From: Blochmannia endosymbiont of Camponotus nipponensis | Lineage (GTDB): Bacteria > Pseudomonadota > Gammaproteobacteria > Enterobacterales > Enterobacteriaceae | Assembly (NCBI RefSeq): GCF_009827135.1 | Contig: NZ_CP046534.1 | Location: forward strand, 150,001 to 182,000 | Reading direction: 5' to 3' | Length of the DNA: 32,000 nucleotides | Shown: in pieces, positions 11,207 to 20,714 of the stretch | Position numbering within the stretch: position 1 is the stretch's first letter | Layout: each line of letters starts with the position of its first letter | Notes under the pieces: generated by a model | What the model saw: only the letters and a program-made list of their open reading frames with translations | Database searches by the model: none | Told to the model about the DNA's origin: nothing | Translations under genes and position numbers: made by a program

Positions 11207-11219
11207 ATACTATTTCCGA

Positions 11220-11540
11220 TCATTTTACTATATCCCCAGTAGACTTAAAAATACGAATCTTTTTACCATTTTTTATTTTAAATCCTACACGATCCGCTTT
11301 ATTTAAAGCAGTATTAAATATTGCAATATTAGATAAATCAACAGATGCTTCTTTTTCAATAATGCCTCCTGGTTGATTTTTATTTGGGATGGGTTTTTGA
11401 TGTTTTTTTACCAGATTTACTCCGGCTATTATAGCTTTTCCTTGATCGGGAAAAACACGTTTTACTTTTCCTTTTTTTCCTTTATCTTTTCCACTTAACA
11501 CAATAACCTCATCATTACGTTTAATTTTAGCTGCTGCCAT
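11220..11540 (-). CDS. rplX: 50S ribosomal protein L24
   Basis: [29 protein letters not shown] against E. coli [28 protein letters not shown]. Confidence 0.96.
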   Translation of the reverse strand: MAAAKIKRNDEVIVLSGKDKGKKGKVKRVFPDQGKAIIAGVNLVKKHQKPIPNKNQPGGIIEKEASVDLSNIAIFNTALNKADRVGFKIKNGKKIRIFKSTGDIVK

Positions 11541-11555
11541 ATATAATAATCTCCA

Positions 11556-11927
11556 TTAAAGTACTTCAGGAGCTAAAGAAATAATCTTCATAAATTTTTC
11601 ATTGCGTAATTCACGAGTTACCGGACCAAAAATACGAGTACCCACAGGTTGTATATTGATGTCATTCAACAATACACAAGCATTGCTATCAAACCTAATA
11701 ATAGATCCATCTGAACGACGTACACCTTTTTTTGTACGTACTACAACAGCTTTTAACACATCACCTTTTTTTACTTTAGCCCGTGGTACTGCTTCTTTAA
11801 TTGCAACTTTAATAACGTCTCCAATATTTGCATAACGACGACCAGATCCCCCTAACACCTTAATACACATTGCATATCGTGCGCCAGAATTATCAGCAAC
11901 ACTTAAAATAGTACGTTCCTGAATCAC
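11556..11927 (-). CDS. rplN: 50S ribosomal protein L14 (probable GTG start)
   Basis: (V/M)[73 protein letters not shown] matches E. coli L14, which is 123 aa. GTG at 11927 restores 123 aa and is preceded by GGGGTG. The ATG at 11939 would add 4 unmatched residues. Confidence 0.95.
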   Translation of the reverse strand: MIQERTILSVADNSGARYAMCIKVLGGSGRRYANIGDVIKVAIKEAVPRAKVKKGDVLKAVVVRTKKGVRRSDGSIIRFDSNACVLLNDINIQPVGTRIFGPVTRELRNEKFMKIISLAPEVL

Positions 11928-12050
11928 ATAACACCCCATAATAACAATTAATTTAAATTTATAAAATAAATATATATATAATCACATATTATTAATGTGC
12001 AGATTATTATCAAATAATCATTAATTACATACGATTTTTTTATTATATAT

Positions 12051-12308
12051 TTACAAATAATCCGATTTTTTGATAATAGAAATTAGTATCCAAGATTTGG
12101 TTTTAGAAATAGGACGACATTCTTTTACTGCCACGAAATCTCCAACATTAGCCTCTTCATTAGGATTGTGTACATGCAGTTTAGTGGTACATTTGATAAA
12201 TTTTTTATATGTTGCATGTTTAATTAATCTTTCTATGGCAACAACAACAGATTTGTTCATTTTTTTACTAATTACACGACCTATTTTGATACGTTGCCTA
12301 TCTTCCAT
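12051..12308 (-). CDS. rpsQ: 30S ribosomal protein S17
   Basis: [29 protein letters not shown].....GD.V...ECRP.SKTKSW matches E. coli S17. Last gene of the S10 operon. Confidence 0.96.
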   Translation of the reverse strand: MEDRQRIKIGRVISKKMNKSVVVAIERLIKHATYKKFIKCTTKLHVHNPNEEANVGDFVAVKECRPISKTKSWILISIIKKSDYL

Positions 12309-12322
12309 GGAATACTCTCTAT

Positions 12323-12529
12323 TTATATATTTTTATTATTAGATAAATAACTTTTAATAGACGCTATATCACGACGTACTTTTTTTAATAAATGCAACTG
12401 TTTTAACTGCCCTACTTTTGCTTGTATACGTAAATTAAAATGTTCACGTAATGCGTTTATTAGTGCTGATTGAATCGACGTAATGGTACCATTTGTTTTT
12501 TGTTCTAATGATTTTATTATGTTTCTCAT
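12323..12529 (-). CDS. rpmC: 50S ribosomal protein L29
   Basis: 68 aa. [33 protein letters not shown] against E. coli [33 protein letters not shown]. Confidence 0.94.
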   Translation of the reverse strand: MRNIIKSLEQKTNGTITSIQSALINALREHFNLRIQAKVGQLKQLHLLKKVRRDIASIKSYLSNNKNI

Positions 12530-12936
12530 GATCTTCCTATCGAAGTAGTTTTCACTGGTAATTTTGATGCACCTAATTTAAAAGCATTGTATGCTAACTC
12601 TCTTGATACTCCATTTATTTCATATAAAATCTTTCCTGGCTGTATTAATGCTACCCAATATTCTACATTCCCTTTTCCTTTACCCATACGTACCTCGAGA
12701 GGTTTCTTAGTAATAGGTTTGTCTGGAAATATACGAATCCAAATTTTTCCTTGACGCTTAATAGCACGACTTATAGCACGCCGTGCGGCTTCAATTTGAC
12801 AAGATTTTAATCGCCCACGACCAACAGCCTTTAAAGCAAATTCACCAAAACTAATATTATCATTTACTTTGGTTCCTCGGTTGCGCCCTTTATGCATTTT
12901 ACGAAATTTTGTACGCTTTGGTTGCAGCAACATCAT
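12526..12936 (-). CDS. rplP: 50S ribosomal protein L16
   Basis: (M)[20 protein letters not shown] matches the E. coli L16 N-terminus. 4-nt ATGA overlap with rpmC. Confidence 0.97.
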   Translation of the reverse strand: MMLLQPKRTKFRKMHKGRNRGTKVNDNISFGEFALKAVGRGRLKSCQIEAARRAISRAIKRQGKIWIRIFPDKPITKKPLEVRMGKGKGNVEYWVALIQPGKILYEINGVSRELAYNAFKLGASKLPVKTTSIGRS

Positions 12937-12937
12937 A

Positions 12938-13648
12938 CTATCCTTTATATGCGAGTTTTATATTTTTTTTAGTAAAATTATTACTGGATTGATCTGAAAA
13001 TCCTGTAGTAAGTAATACATCTCCTAAAATTTCACCTTTAAATACCCATACTTTAATACCAATTACACCGTATGTAGTATGTGCTTCTGAACAACTATAA
13101 TCAATGTCAGCACGTAAAGTATGCAATGGAACACGTCCTTCCCTATACCATTCAGTGCGAGCAATTTCGGCTCCACTTAATCTACCGCTTACTTCTACTT
13201 TAATACCTTTAGCACCTAAGCGCATAGCGCTTTGTACAACACGTTTCATTACTCTCCTAAACACTATCCTGCGTTCTAATTGAGATGCAATATTATCAGA
13301 TAAAAGTTTAGCATCTAACTCTGGCTTACGAACCTCAGCAATATTTAATTGTGTTGGCACACCAGAAATTTTCGCTATGTTTTTACGTAATTTTTCAATA
13401 TCTTCCCCTTTCTTTCCAATTATAAGACCAGGTCGAGCTGTATAAACAGTTACCCGCATGCTCTTAGCAGGGCGTTCAATAATTATACGAGATACTAAAG
13501 CTTTTGAAAGTTTTTGCATCAAAAACTGACGTACTTTAAAATCACCATCCAAATTATCAGAAAAATCTTTGTTATTTGCATACCAAGTAGAATGCCACGC
13601 CCTAATAATACCTAAACGCACACCGTTCGGATGTACCTTTTGCCCCAT
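12938..13648 (-). CDS. rpsC: 30S ribosomal protein S3
   Basis: [14 protein letters not shown] matches the E. coli S3 N-terminus, and GGAG lies 8 nt upstream of this ATG. The TTG at 13654 in the ORF track is rejected. Confidence 0.96.
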   Translation of the reverse strand: MGQKVHPNGVRLGIIRAWHSTWYANNKDFSDNLDGDFKVRQFLMQKLSKALVSRIIIERPAKSMRVTVYTARPGLIIGKKGEDIEKLRKNIAKISGVPTQLNIAEVRKPELDAKLLSDNIASQLERRIVFRRVMKRVVQSAMRLGAKGIKVEVSGRLSGAEIARTEWYREGRVPLHTLRADIDYSCSEAHTTYGVIGIKVWVFKGEILGDVLLTTGFSDQSSNNFTKKNIKLAYKG

Positions 13649-13681
13649 TTTCAATGCTCCGTCCGTTGAAATCTATTTTTT

Positions 13682-14011
13682 TTAATCAGATACTACTATA
13701 GTAAGATGACTAGTTCGTTTCATAATTTTGTCTGAACGTCCTTTAGCACGCGGCATAACTCTTTTAACACTAGGACCATTATCAACAAAAATTTTAATAA
13801 TTTTCAAATTGTTAATATCTACACCATCGTTATGTTCCGCATTAGCAATAGCTGATTCTAAGGTCTTTTTTACCAATCCAGCGGTTTTTTTATTAGTATA
13901 CTTTAAAATATCCAACGCCTGAGTTACTTTTGTTCCTCGTACTGTGTTAACCACTAAACGAAGTTTTTGAGCAGAAGAACGAATATAACGGGACCTTGCA
14001 ACAGTTGCCAT
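13682..14011 (-). CDS. rplV: 50S ribosomal protein L22
   Basis: [57 protein letters not shown] matches E. coli L22 (110 aa). AGGGGA precedes the ATG at 14011. The upstream ATG at 14035 would add 8 unmatched residues. Confidence 0.95.
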   Translation of the reverse strand: MATVARSRYIRSSAQKLRLVVNTVRGTKVTQALDILKYTNKKTAGLVKKTLESAIANAEHNDGVDINNLKIIKIFVDNGPSVKRVMPRAKGRSDKIMKRTSHLTIVVSD

Positions 14012-14053
14012 ACCAGAATATCCCCTATAGTACATCTCACATTAATAATACAG

Positions 14054-14341
14054 TTATTTTTTAATAATATTTTTTATTTTTTTATCCACTGAATGTCCTC
14101 GATACGTACGAGTTGGAGCAAATTCACCCAGTTTATGCCCAACCATTTCATCTGAAATAAATATTGGCATATGTTGACGTCCATTATGCACTGAAATAGT
14201 TAACCCGATCATTCTTGGAAATATTGTAGATCGTCGTGACCAAGTTCTAATAGGTTTTTTATCACCCATTTTTATTGCTTTTTCTACTTTCTTTAAAAGA
14301 TGTAGATCAATAAAAGGCCCTTTCTTAATAGAACGCGACAT
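14054..14341 (-). CDS. rpsS: 30S ribosomal protein S19
   Basis: [20 protein letters not shown]...[25 protein letters not shown]....[18 protein letters not shown] matches S19. Confidence 0.97.
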   Translation of the reverse strand: MSRSIKKGPFIDLHLLKKVEKAIKMGDKKPIRTWSRRSTIFPRMIGLTISVHNGRQHMPIFISDEMVGHKLGEFAPTRTYRGHSVDKKIKNIIKK

Positions 14342-14367
14342 GAACTTTCTTCCTAAACCTTCAAATT

Positions 14368-15195
14368 TTATTTATTACAATGAGATAATATAAATCTATC
14401 AGTACGTTTATTGCTACGTGTTTTTTTTCCTTTGGTCTGCACTCCCCAAGGAGACACAGGATGCTTTCCAAAATTTTTACCTTCTCCACCTCCATGAGGG
14501 TGATCGATGGGATTCATAGCTGTTCCGCGTACAGTAGGGCGAGTCCCACGCCATCTGTTGGCTCCAGCTTTACCTAACATACGTAACATATGCTCAGAAT
14601 TACCCACTTCACCTACAGTTGCTCGACACTCACAACGTATTTTACGTATTTCACCTGATCTAAGACGCAATACCACACATTCTTTATCACGAGCTACAAT
14701 TTGTATATAAGACCCAGCAGAACGGGCTAATTGACCACCTTTTCCTAATTTCATTTCTACGTTATGTACAACAGATCCTATCGGAATATTACTCATAGGC
14801 AAAGCATTGCCTGGTTTTATTGGAACATCTATCCCAGAACTAATAACATCTCCTATTTTTATATCTTTTGGAGCCAAAATATAACGTCTCTCCCCATCTC
14901 TATACAACAGTAGCGCTATATTTGCTGAACGATTTGGATCGTATTCTAAACGTTTTATCGCAGCTGTAATCCCATCTTTATTACGCTTAAAATCAATTAT
15001 TCGATAACGTTTTTTATGCCCTCCTCCGATATGCCGTACGGTAATACGACCATAATTATTACGTCCGCCTGATTTATTATTAATTTTATTGGATAACAAT
15101 GAAGAAACAGGCCGTCCTTTATGTAAATCTCTATTAATTAGTTTTATTACATGCCGTCTACCCGGAGAAGTTGGATTACATTTAATAATAGACAT
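14368..15195 (-). CDS. rplB: 50S ribosomal protein L2
   Basis: 275 aa. GRNN.GRIT.RH.GGGHK..YR.IDFKR.KDGI, and [15 protein letters not shown]......HPVSPWG..TKGKKTR matches L2. Confidence 0.97.
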   Translation of the reverse strand: MSIIKCNPTSPGRRHVIKLINRDLHKGRPVSSLLSNKINNKSGGRNNYGRITVRHIGGGHKKRYRIIDFKRNKDGITAAIKRLEYDPNRSANIALLLYRDGERRYILAPKDIKIGDVISSGIDVPIKPGNALPMSNIPIGSVVHNVEMKLGKGGQLARSAGSYIQIVARDKECVVLRLRSGEIRKIRCECRATVGEVGNSEHMLRMLGKAGANRWRGTRPTVRGTAMNPIDHPHGGGEGKNFGKHPVSPWGVQTKGKKTRSNKRTDRFILSHCNK

Positions 15196-15216
15196 TTTTT
15201 AATTTTCCACGTTCAT

Positions 15217-15519
15217 CTACTCTATCGTATTAATAAAATCTATCTTTTGTCCTTTTTTTAAAACAACATATGCTTTTTTCCAATTACTACGGCGACCTAT
15301 ATTATTAACCGTACCTTTACGTTTTCCCATAACAACTACAACATTAATTTTATGCACTTTTACAGAAAATAACACATTGATAGCATTTTTAATATCCATT
15401 TTAGTTGAATACTTCGATACTTTAAAAACAAAAGTACTACATTGTTCCGACTGAATAGATGTTTTTTCAGAAGCATGTGTAGATCGCAATATTTTCAGTA
15501 AACGCTCTTGATAAATCAT
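15217..15519 (-). CDS. rplW: 50S ribosomal protein L23
   Basis: 100-aa ORF in the L23 slot between rplD and rplB, with L23-like features (..SEK.........F.V...A.K..IK.A...LF.VKV..VN). 4-nt overlap with rplD. Confidence 0.93.
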   Translation of the reverse strand: MIYQERLLKILRSTHASEKTSIQSEQCSTFVFKVSKYSTKMDIKNAINVLFSVKVHKINVVVVMGKRKGTVNNIGRRSNWKKAYVVLKKGQKIDFINTIE

Positions 15520-16148
15520 ATTAACTGTGTCTCAATTTTTGATACAGCACTATCAGTAATTAACGTAATATCAAAATTTATTAAACTTACTGGATCTATA
15601 CGTGTCGCTGCGCGTATTTCTACTTTATAAATATTGCGTGATGCTAAAATCAAATTTTTATCTAAAAAATCAGTAAAAATCAATATATTTTTTTTTGATG
15701 TTATTTTTTTAAGTCTTTCTAATAATAATTTAGTTTTTGGCTCCTCTAGAACTAAATTTCTCACTAAAAATAAACGATCATCAGACACTAATCTAGACAA
15801 AATACTTCTTATTGCTCCTCGATACATTTTTTTATTTATCTTTTGGTTATATAATTTAGGTTTAGCTGCAAATGTCACCCCGCCGGAACGCCAAATAGGA
15901 CTTTTTACCGATCCAGAACGCGCGCGACCTGTACCTTTCTGACGCCAAGGTTTTTTATTAGAACCAGAAACTTCTGATCGACTCTTTTGAGATCGAGTAC
16001 CTTGACGAGAATTAGTCAAGTAAGCAGAAACCACTTGGTGTATTAATGCCGGATTAAAAGGACATCCAAAAATTTTATCAGATACAGAAAATTTAGTTTC
16101 ATGTGATATACTCATTTCTACCGCAAAATCTCTGACTGCCAATTTCAT
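15516..16148 (-). CDS. rplD: 50S ribosomal protein L4
   Basis: [42 protein letters not shown] matches E. coli L4. Confidence 0.96.
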   Translation of the reverse strand: MKLAVRDFAVEMSISHETKFSVSDKIFGCPFNPALIHQVVSAYLTNSRQGTRSQKSRSEVSGSNKKPWRQKGTGRARSGSVKSPIWRSGGVTFAAKPKLYNQKINKKMYRGAIRSILSRLVSDDRLFLVRNLVLEEPKTKLLLERLKKITSKKNILIFTDFLDKNLILASRNIYKVEIRAATRIDPVSLINFDITLITDSAVSKIETQLI

Positions 16149-16168
16149 TTATATATTTTTCTCTAAAA

Positions 16169-16798
16169 TCATATTTTAACGGATCTTTTAATACTTAAAT
16201 TTCCACCAATTATTCCTGGAACAGCACCTTTAACTAACAATAAACTACGTTTTATATCAACATCAACAACATCTAGATTTTGTACTGTAATCTTATAATT
16301 TCCTAACTGACCCGCCATTTTCTTACCCTTAAATACTCTACCGGGAGTCTGATTTTGACCGATAGATCCAGGAGCTCTATGCGATAAAGAATTACCATGA
16401 CTTGCATCTTGCATATGAAAATTCCAACGCTTTACTGTACCTGTAAAACCTTTCCCTTTAGATATTCCTGTAACATCAACTTTCCTAACGCTTCTAAAAA
16501 TCTGTATCGTGATGATATCTCCTACTGACATCATTGTAGCATTTTCACAACGAAACTCCCATAAACCACGCCCGATATCAACCCCTGATTTTGTCATATG
16601 CCCTGCTTCTGGTCTATTAATACGTTTAACATCTTTAATACCAGTAGTCACCTGAACTGCACAATATCCATCGTTTTCAATATTTTTTATTTGTGTTATA
16701 CGATGTGGTGTGATTTCAATCATAGTTATAGGTATAGACACCCCATCTGTATTGAACAATCGAGTCATACCTAATTTTCGACCAATCAAACCTTGCAT
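16169..16798 (-). CDS. rplC: 50S ribosomal protein L3
   Basis: [15 protein letters not shown] against the E. coli L3 N-terminus MIGLVGKKVGMTRIF. Also [47 protein letters not shown]. The 23-codon upstream extension in the ORF track is rejected. Confidence 0.96.
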   Translation of the reverse strand: MQGLIGRKLGMTRLFNTDGVSIPITMIEITPHRITQIKNIENDGYCAVQVTTGIKDVKRINRPEAGHMTKSGVDIGRGLWEFRCENATMMSVGDIITIQIFRSVRKVDVTGISKGKGFTGTVKRWNFHMQDASHGNSLSHRAPGSIGQNQTPGRVFKGKKMAGQLGNYKITVQNLDVVDVDIKRSLLLVKGAVPGIIGGNLSIKRSVKI

Positions 16799-16876
16799 AA
16801 TGATTAATATAACCTCTCCTATTCCATTCAACAAAAATCTCTCTGTTATCTTACATGTGCACACCATATATAAAAA

Positions 16877-17209
<333 letters not shown>

Positions 17210-17535
17210 TTAATTATTCATAAACCACTATATATATACAATTTTATTACACTATTTTAATCAAAATAGTTTAAAAAATAACTCGTAAAAATATTTGCTT
17301 TTCACCACATTAATACTCAAAAAATTTGCTTTTCATCCTTAATGAAAACATACCACCTAATTCCATTTTAATCCTTTCTATCTTCTAGAATAAAAAAATT
17401 ACCTAAATTTAGGATACCAGTAATCAAATAAAAAAACAAGATCGATTTAAAATAAAATTTTCAAAAATATCTTTAATGAATTAAATATTAAAAAAGTTAC
17501 ACAGATAACTTACAACATTTTTGTAACGCAAAAAA

Positions 17536-18006
17536 TCATTTCTTCAATTGTGATTGTATATAATTATTCATACCAATTTTTGTCATGATATTCAGTTCTG
17601 TCTCCAAAAAATCAACATGTTTCTCTTCATCCTTAAGAATTTGTACCATTATATCTCTGGAAACATAATCTTGTATTGAATCAGAATATTTTATACCTTT
17701 ACGTAAATTTTCAATACTATGATGTTCTAAACTAAGATCATCACGCAAAATATCTTCAATATTCTTTTTAATATTTAATAATTCAAATTTTCTTAAAGTA
17801 GGTATACCTTCTAGAAATAAAATACGTTTAGTATAAAGATCTGCATGCTCTAATTCATCCATACATTCTTGATATTCTATATCTTTAAGACGTTCTACCC
17901 TCCAATGTTCAAAAATTTTTGCATGTAAAAAATATTGATTTACAGCAATCAACTCATCACTTAATAAACTATTAAGATTAGTAATAATATAATTATCTCC
18001 TTTCAT
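17536..18006 (-). CDS. bfr: bacterioferritin (ferroxidase ligands kept, haem ligand Met52 replaced by Leu)
   Basis: 156 aa, aligning without gaps to E. coli Bfr (MKGD...I..LN.LL..EL.A.NQYFLHA..F..W...RL.D.EY.E..DE..HAD.Y..RILFLEG.P). E18, E51, H54, E94, E127 and H130 are present. Codon 52 (17853-17851) is TTA (Leu). AGGAG lies 5 nt upstream of the ATG. Confidence 0.93.
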   Translation of the reverse strand: MKGDNYIITNLNSLLSDELIAVNQYFLHAKIFEHWRVERLKDIEYQECMDELEHADLYTKRILFLEGIPTLRKFELLNIKKNIEDILRDDLSLEHHSIENLRKGIKYSDSIQDYVSRDIMVQILKDEEKHVDFLETELNIMTKIGMNNYIQSQLKK

Positions 18007-18138
18007 GAAATCTCCTATACTTTATTTCACATATTCATAACCATTAGTTTTAAATCAAAAACTCAATTTTTTAGCATGCTTTACCCTCTTTCACTTGCAA
18101 ACTATCCTCTTATCATCATAAAAAAATCGAAAATATAA

Positions 18139-18213
18139 TGCTGATAAGCAGACTCGAACTGCTGACCTCACCCTTACCAAGGGTGTGCTCTAACCAAACT
18201 GAGCTATATCAGC
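18139..18213 (-). tRNA. thrT: tRNA-Thr, anticodon GGU, no encoded CCA
   Basis: Reverse complement is GCTGATATAGCTCAGTTTGGTTAGAGCACACCCTTGGTAAGGGTGAGGTCAGCAGTTCGAGTCTGCTTATCAGCA, which folds as a cloverleaf (7-bp acceptor, anticodon loop CTTGGTAAG). Near-identical to E. coli thrT. The 3' flank is TTA, not CCA. Confidence 0.95.
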
Positions 18214-18234
18214 GTAATTTTGAGATATTATATG

Positions 18235-18306
18235 AGCGGACAGTGGGAATTGAACCCACATCATCAACTTGGAAGGTTGAGGTAATTGCCATTATACGAT
18301 GCCCAC
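18235..18306 (-). tRNA. glyT: tRNA-Gly, anticodon UCC, no complete encoded CCA
   Basis: Reverse complement is GTGGGCATCGTATAATGGCAATTACCTCAACCTTCCAAGTTGATGATGTGGGTTCAATTCCCACTGTCCGCT, with anticodon loop CTTCCAA. Close to E. coli glyT, but the acceptor stem has U2-G71 and G5-U68 wobble pairs where E. coli has C-G and G-C. The 3' flank is CAT. Confidence 0.93.
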
Positions 18307-18373
18307 TACATAATAAAACCTGTAATTATTGATGTGACAACAACACCTCTACATTATAACACAAGATTAAAAA

Positions 18374-18455
18374 TGATGGGGGAAGGATTTGAACCTTCGA
18401 AGTCTACGACGACAGATTTACAGTCTGCTCCCTTTAGCCACTCGGGAACCCCATC
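18374..18455 (-). tRNA. tyrU: tRNA-Tyr, anticodon GUA, long variable arm, no encoded CCA
   Basis: Reverse complement is GATGGGGTTCCCGAGTGGCTAAAGGGAGCAGACTGTAAATCTGTCGTCGTAGACTTCGAAGGTTCAAATCCTTCCCCCATCA. Collinear with E. coli tRNA-Tyr. The 3' flank is TTT. Confidence 0.95.
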
Positions 18456-18468
18456 AAAATTTTATAGA

Positions 18469-18541
18469 TGCCGGCAAAAGGATTCGAACCTTTGATCTAC
18501 TGATTACAAATCAGTTGCTCTTCCTATTGAGCTACACCGGC
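18469..18541 (-). tRNA. thrU: tRNA-Thr, anticodon UGU, no encoded CCA
   Basis: Reverse complement is GCCGGTGTAGCTCAATAGGAAGAGCAACTGATTTGTAATCAGTAGATCAAAGGTTCGAATCCTTTTGCCGGCA, with anticodon stem ACTGA/TCAGT and loop TTTGTAA. First gene of the thrU-tyrU-glyT-thrT order seen in E. coli. Confidence 0.93.
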
Positions 18542-18823
18542 ATCACATTGATATTGTTGAAAAAATAATATTAACCTTTTCTAATAAACATATATTTTAA
18601 TTAATTTCACTGAGCTAGTGTATTTAATATAATAAAATTATTCAAAATATTTATTAAAAAATTTAATTTTTTAATTTGTTAATACAACCGAAATTATTAT
18701 TCATTTCGTGATGCTTTCACTATAATTCATAAATTATAATTTAATCATTTATTTCGATCAAGTGTTTATATAAGAATTTAATCCTATATAAAATAAATAC
18801 TTATCTATAATAGTAGAAACAAT

Positions 18824-19765
18824 ATGCTACACGTTTCGTCTGCGCCTTTTTTAACTTTTAGTCGCAAAGAATGGGCATCTCTTAGGGATAATGTTAACAA
18901 TACTCTATCCCTAAGAGATATTCTTAATTTAAAAGAAATAAATAATGACCTTTCTATAAATGAAATAATAGAAATTTACTTGCCATTATCTAAATTACTT
19001 AATCTATATATTTGTTCGAATATAAAACAGCAAACTGCTTTAGAACAATTTTTAAATATCCAAAAAAAACGTATACCATACATTATTGGTATTACTGGCA
19101 GTGTTGCTGCGGGAAAAAGTACCACGGCCAAAATATTACAAACGCTGCTTAGCAGATGGCCTGAACATCGCATTGTAGAATTAGTAACAACTGACCGTTT
19201 TTTATATTCTAATAAAATTTTGAAAAAACGGCACTTAATGAAAAAAAAAGGTTTCCCGCAGTCTTATGATATCACTAATTTAATGAATTTTATTTCTAAA
19301 ATTAAATCTGGAGTCAAGTCGATGACAATTCCCGTATATTCTCATGTAATATACGACATTATTCCTAATGTTCAACAAGTAGTATATAAACCAGATATCC
19401 TTATTCTAGAAGGATTAAATATCCTACAAAATCATCACAATTATCATTGTAACTCACCTTGTGTTTTTATATCTGATTTTATTGATTTTTCTATTTATGT
19501 TGATGCTCCAGAGCATTTACTGCAAGAATGGTATATCGATAGATTTTTAAAATTTTGTTATACCACTTTTTCTTATTCTAATTCTTATTTTTATCGTTAT
19601 ACTCAATTGTCTAAAAAAAAGATAATTTCCATAGCTTCACAACTATGGACTAACATTAATCGACTTAATTTACAAACAAATATTTTACCTACCCGAAAAC
19701 GCGCAAATTTAATTTTAAAAAAAGATATTAATCACACCATAAATAATGTGCAACTAAAAAAATAA
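18824..19765 (+). CDS. coaA: type I pantothenate kinase
   Basis: 313 aa, collinear with E. coli CoaA: [33 protein letters not shown] (P-loop), [19 protein letters not shown] and [27 protein letters not shown]. Divergent from the tRNA operon as in E. coli. Confidence 0.95.
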   Translation: MLHVSSAPFLTFSRKEWASLRDNVNNTLSLRDILNLKEINNDLSINEIIEIYLPLSKLLNLYICSNIKQQTALEQFLNIQKKRIPYIIGITGSVAAGKSTTAKILQTLLSRWPEHRIVELVTTDRFLYSNKILKKRHLMKKKGFPQSYDITNLMNFISKIKSGVKSMTIPVYSHVIYDIIPNVQQVVYKPDILILEGLNILQNHHNYHCNSPCVFISDFIDFSIYVDAPEHLLQEWYIDRFLKFCYTTFSYSNSYFYRYTQLSKKKIISIASQLWTNINRLNLQTNILPTRKRANLILKKDINHTINNVQLKK

Positions 19766-19890
19766 CAATAACTATAAAAAATAAAATTTTTTATTGCAGT
19801 TAGTTTACTTTATAAAAACACTGATTACGGTATGATCAAAAAAAATAAATTTAAAATATTTCGACTCAAATATTTGGCACATTATTTGTA

Positions 19891-20028
19891 TCAAGATACA
19901 TAAACAGCAACATTATTTCCTAAATAATAGCACACGGAACCTTCTTTTCTCGCTATTAATACTCCATACATATTAATTCCAAAAACTGTACCACATATTA
20001 TGTAATCACCAATCAATAATGCACTGGT
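19891..20028 (-). pseudogene. birA: frameshifted 3' part of birA (C-terminal domain, -1 frame relative to the main ORF)
   Basis: After the TGA at 20015-20013, the -1 frame stays open for 44 codons: (TS)ALLIGDYIICGTVFGINMYGVLIARKEGSVCYYLGNNVAVYVS*. This continues the E. coli BirA alignment (..RPVKLIIGDKEIFGISRGIDKQGALLLE..GGEISLR). An apparent 1-nt loss lies between codons PV and LLIGD. Confidence 0.7.
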
Positions 20029-20714
20029 TTATTATATAAACCATCAAAAATTTTCCAATAAGAAATAAATGGCGTAAACCCAAAAAGTACAAAATCCATT
20101 AATTCCTTACGTAATACATTAATAAGTGTTGCTACTAAAATATTGCGATCCAGTATCACTCCAACATCTTTTAAATTAATCCAATTTTTACCAATTTTAT
20201 TATCCAACGTTATACGTGTGTGTGTAGCCACATTAATGCCAATACCTATTATTATATGACTAATACTATCCTCTCTTGTTATTATTTCAATTAAAATCCC
20301 TGCTAATTTGCGTCCATACACATATAAATCATTAGGCCATTTAATTTTAATCTGGGATACACCAAAATTCTTTAATACTTTTGCCACAACAATACTTATT
20401 ATTAAACTTAACTCAATGATTATAGGAGAAATCTTATGTAACTGCCAATACATAGATAAACACACCCCTTCTCCAAAAGGAGTAACCCAAATTTTATCAC
20501 GCCTACCTCTGCCTCGTGTTTGATTCTCTGTAACGCAAGCATCACCTGATCTTATATATGGAATATTATCTATTATATACCTATTAGTTGAGCTAATCTT
20601 ATTCAGAACCATTACTCTACCTTCAGGCAAATGTTTTAAAATTTCAGATTCATTCAAAAAAGAAGAATATGTAGAAAAATTATAATTTTCATTATACCCT
20701 AACAAAATTTTCAA
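20013..20714 (-). CDS. birA: biotin--[acetyl-CoA-carboxylase] ligase, catalytic core only (no N-terminal HTH; 3' end frameshifted)
   Basis: 233-aa ORF. SGDACVTENQTRGRGRRDKIW (E. coli SGDACIAEYQQAGRGRRGRKW), LSMYW, and KIKWPNDLYVYGRKLAGILIE match E. coli. The alignment starts at about E. coli residue 66, so the wHTH (about residues 1-60) is absent. The start is non-ATG: TTG at 20714 or 20705, after GGAGG. Confidence 0.8.
   Translation of the reverse strand: MKILLGYNENYNFSTYSSFLNESEILKHLPEGRVMVLNKISSTNRYIIDNIPYIRSGDACVTENQTRGRGRRDKIWVTPFGEGVCLSMYWQLHKISPIIIELSLIISIVVAKVLKNFGVSQIKIKWPNDLYVYGRKLAGILIEIITREDSISHIIIGIGINVATHTRITLDNKIGKNWINLKDVGVILDRNILVATLINVLRKELMDFVLFGFTPFISYWKIFDGLYNKPVHY

Noticed and set aside
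10696-15942. Six ORFs of 64-104 aa in the track (10696-11010, 11602-11835, 12070-12342, 13728-13922, 14507-14710, 15634-15942)
   Set aside because: All lie antisense or out of frame inside highly conserved ribosomal-protein genes (rplE, rplN, rpsQ/rpmC, rplV, rplB, rplD). They have no motifs and are typical shadow ORFs.
18138-18495. Two plus-strand ORFs (18138-18332, 18286-18495)
   Set aside because: They run antisense across the four tRNA genes. The tRNA cloverleaves and E. coli identity explain this sequence completely.
19780-19795. AATAAAA-TT-TTTTATT hairpin after coaA (plus a similar AT-only stem near 19854-19873) as bidirectional terminators
   Set aside because: The stems are made only of A-T pairs and are expected by chance at this composition, so there is not enough evidence to call terminators. 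The same holds for the TTACAA/TTGTAA stem just downstream of bfr (about 17510-17527).
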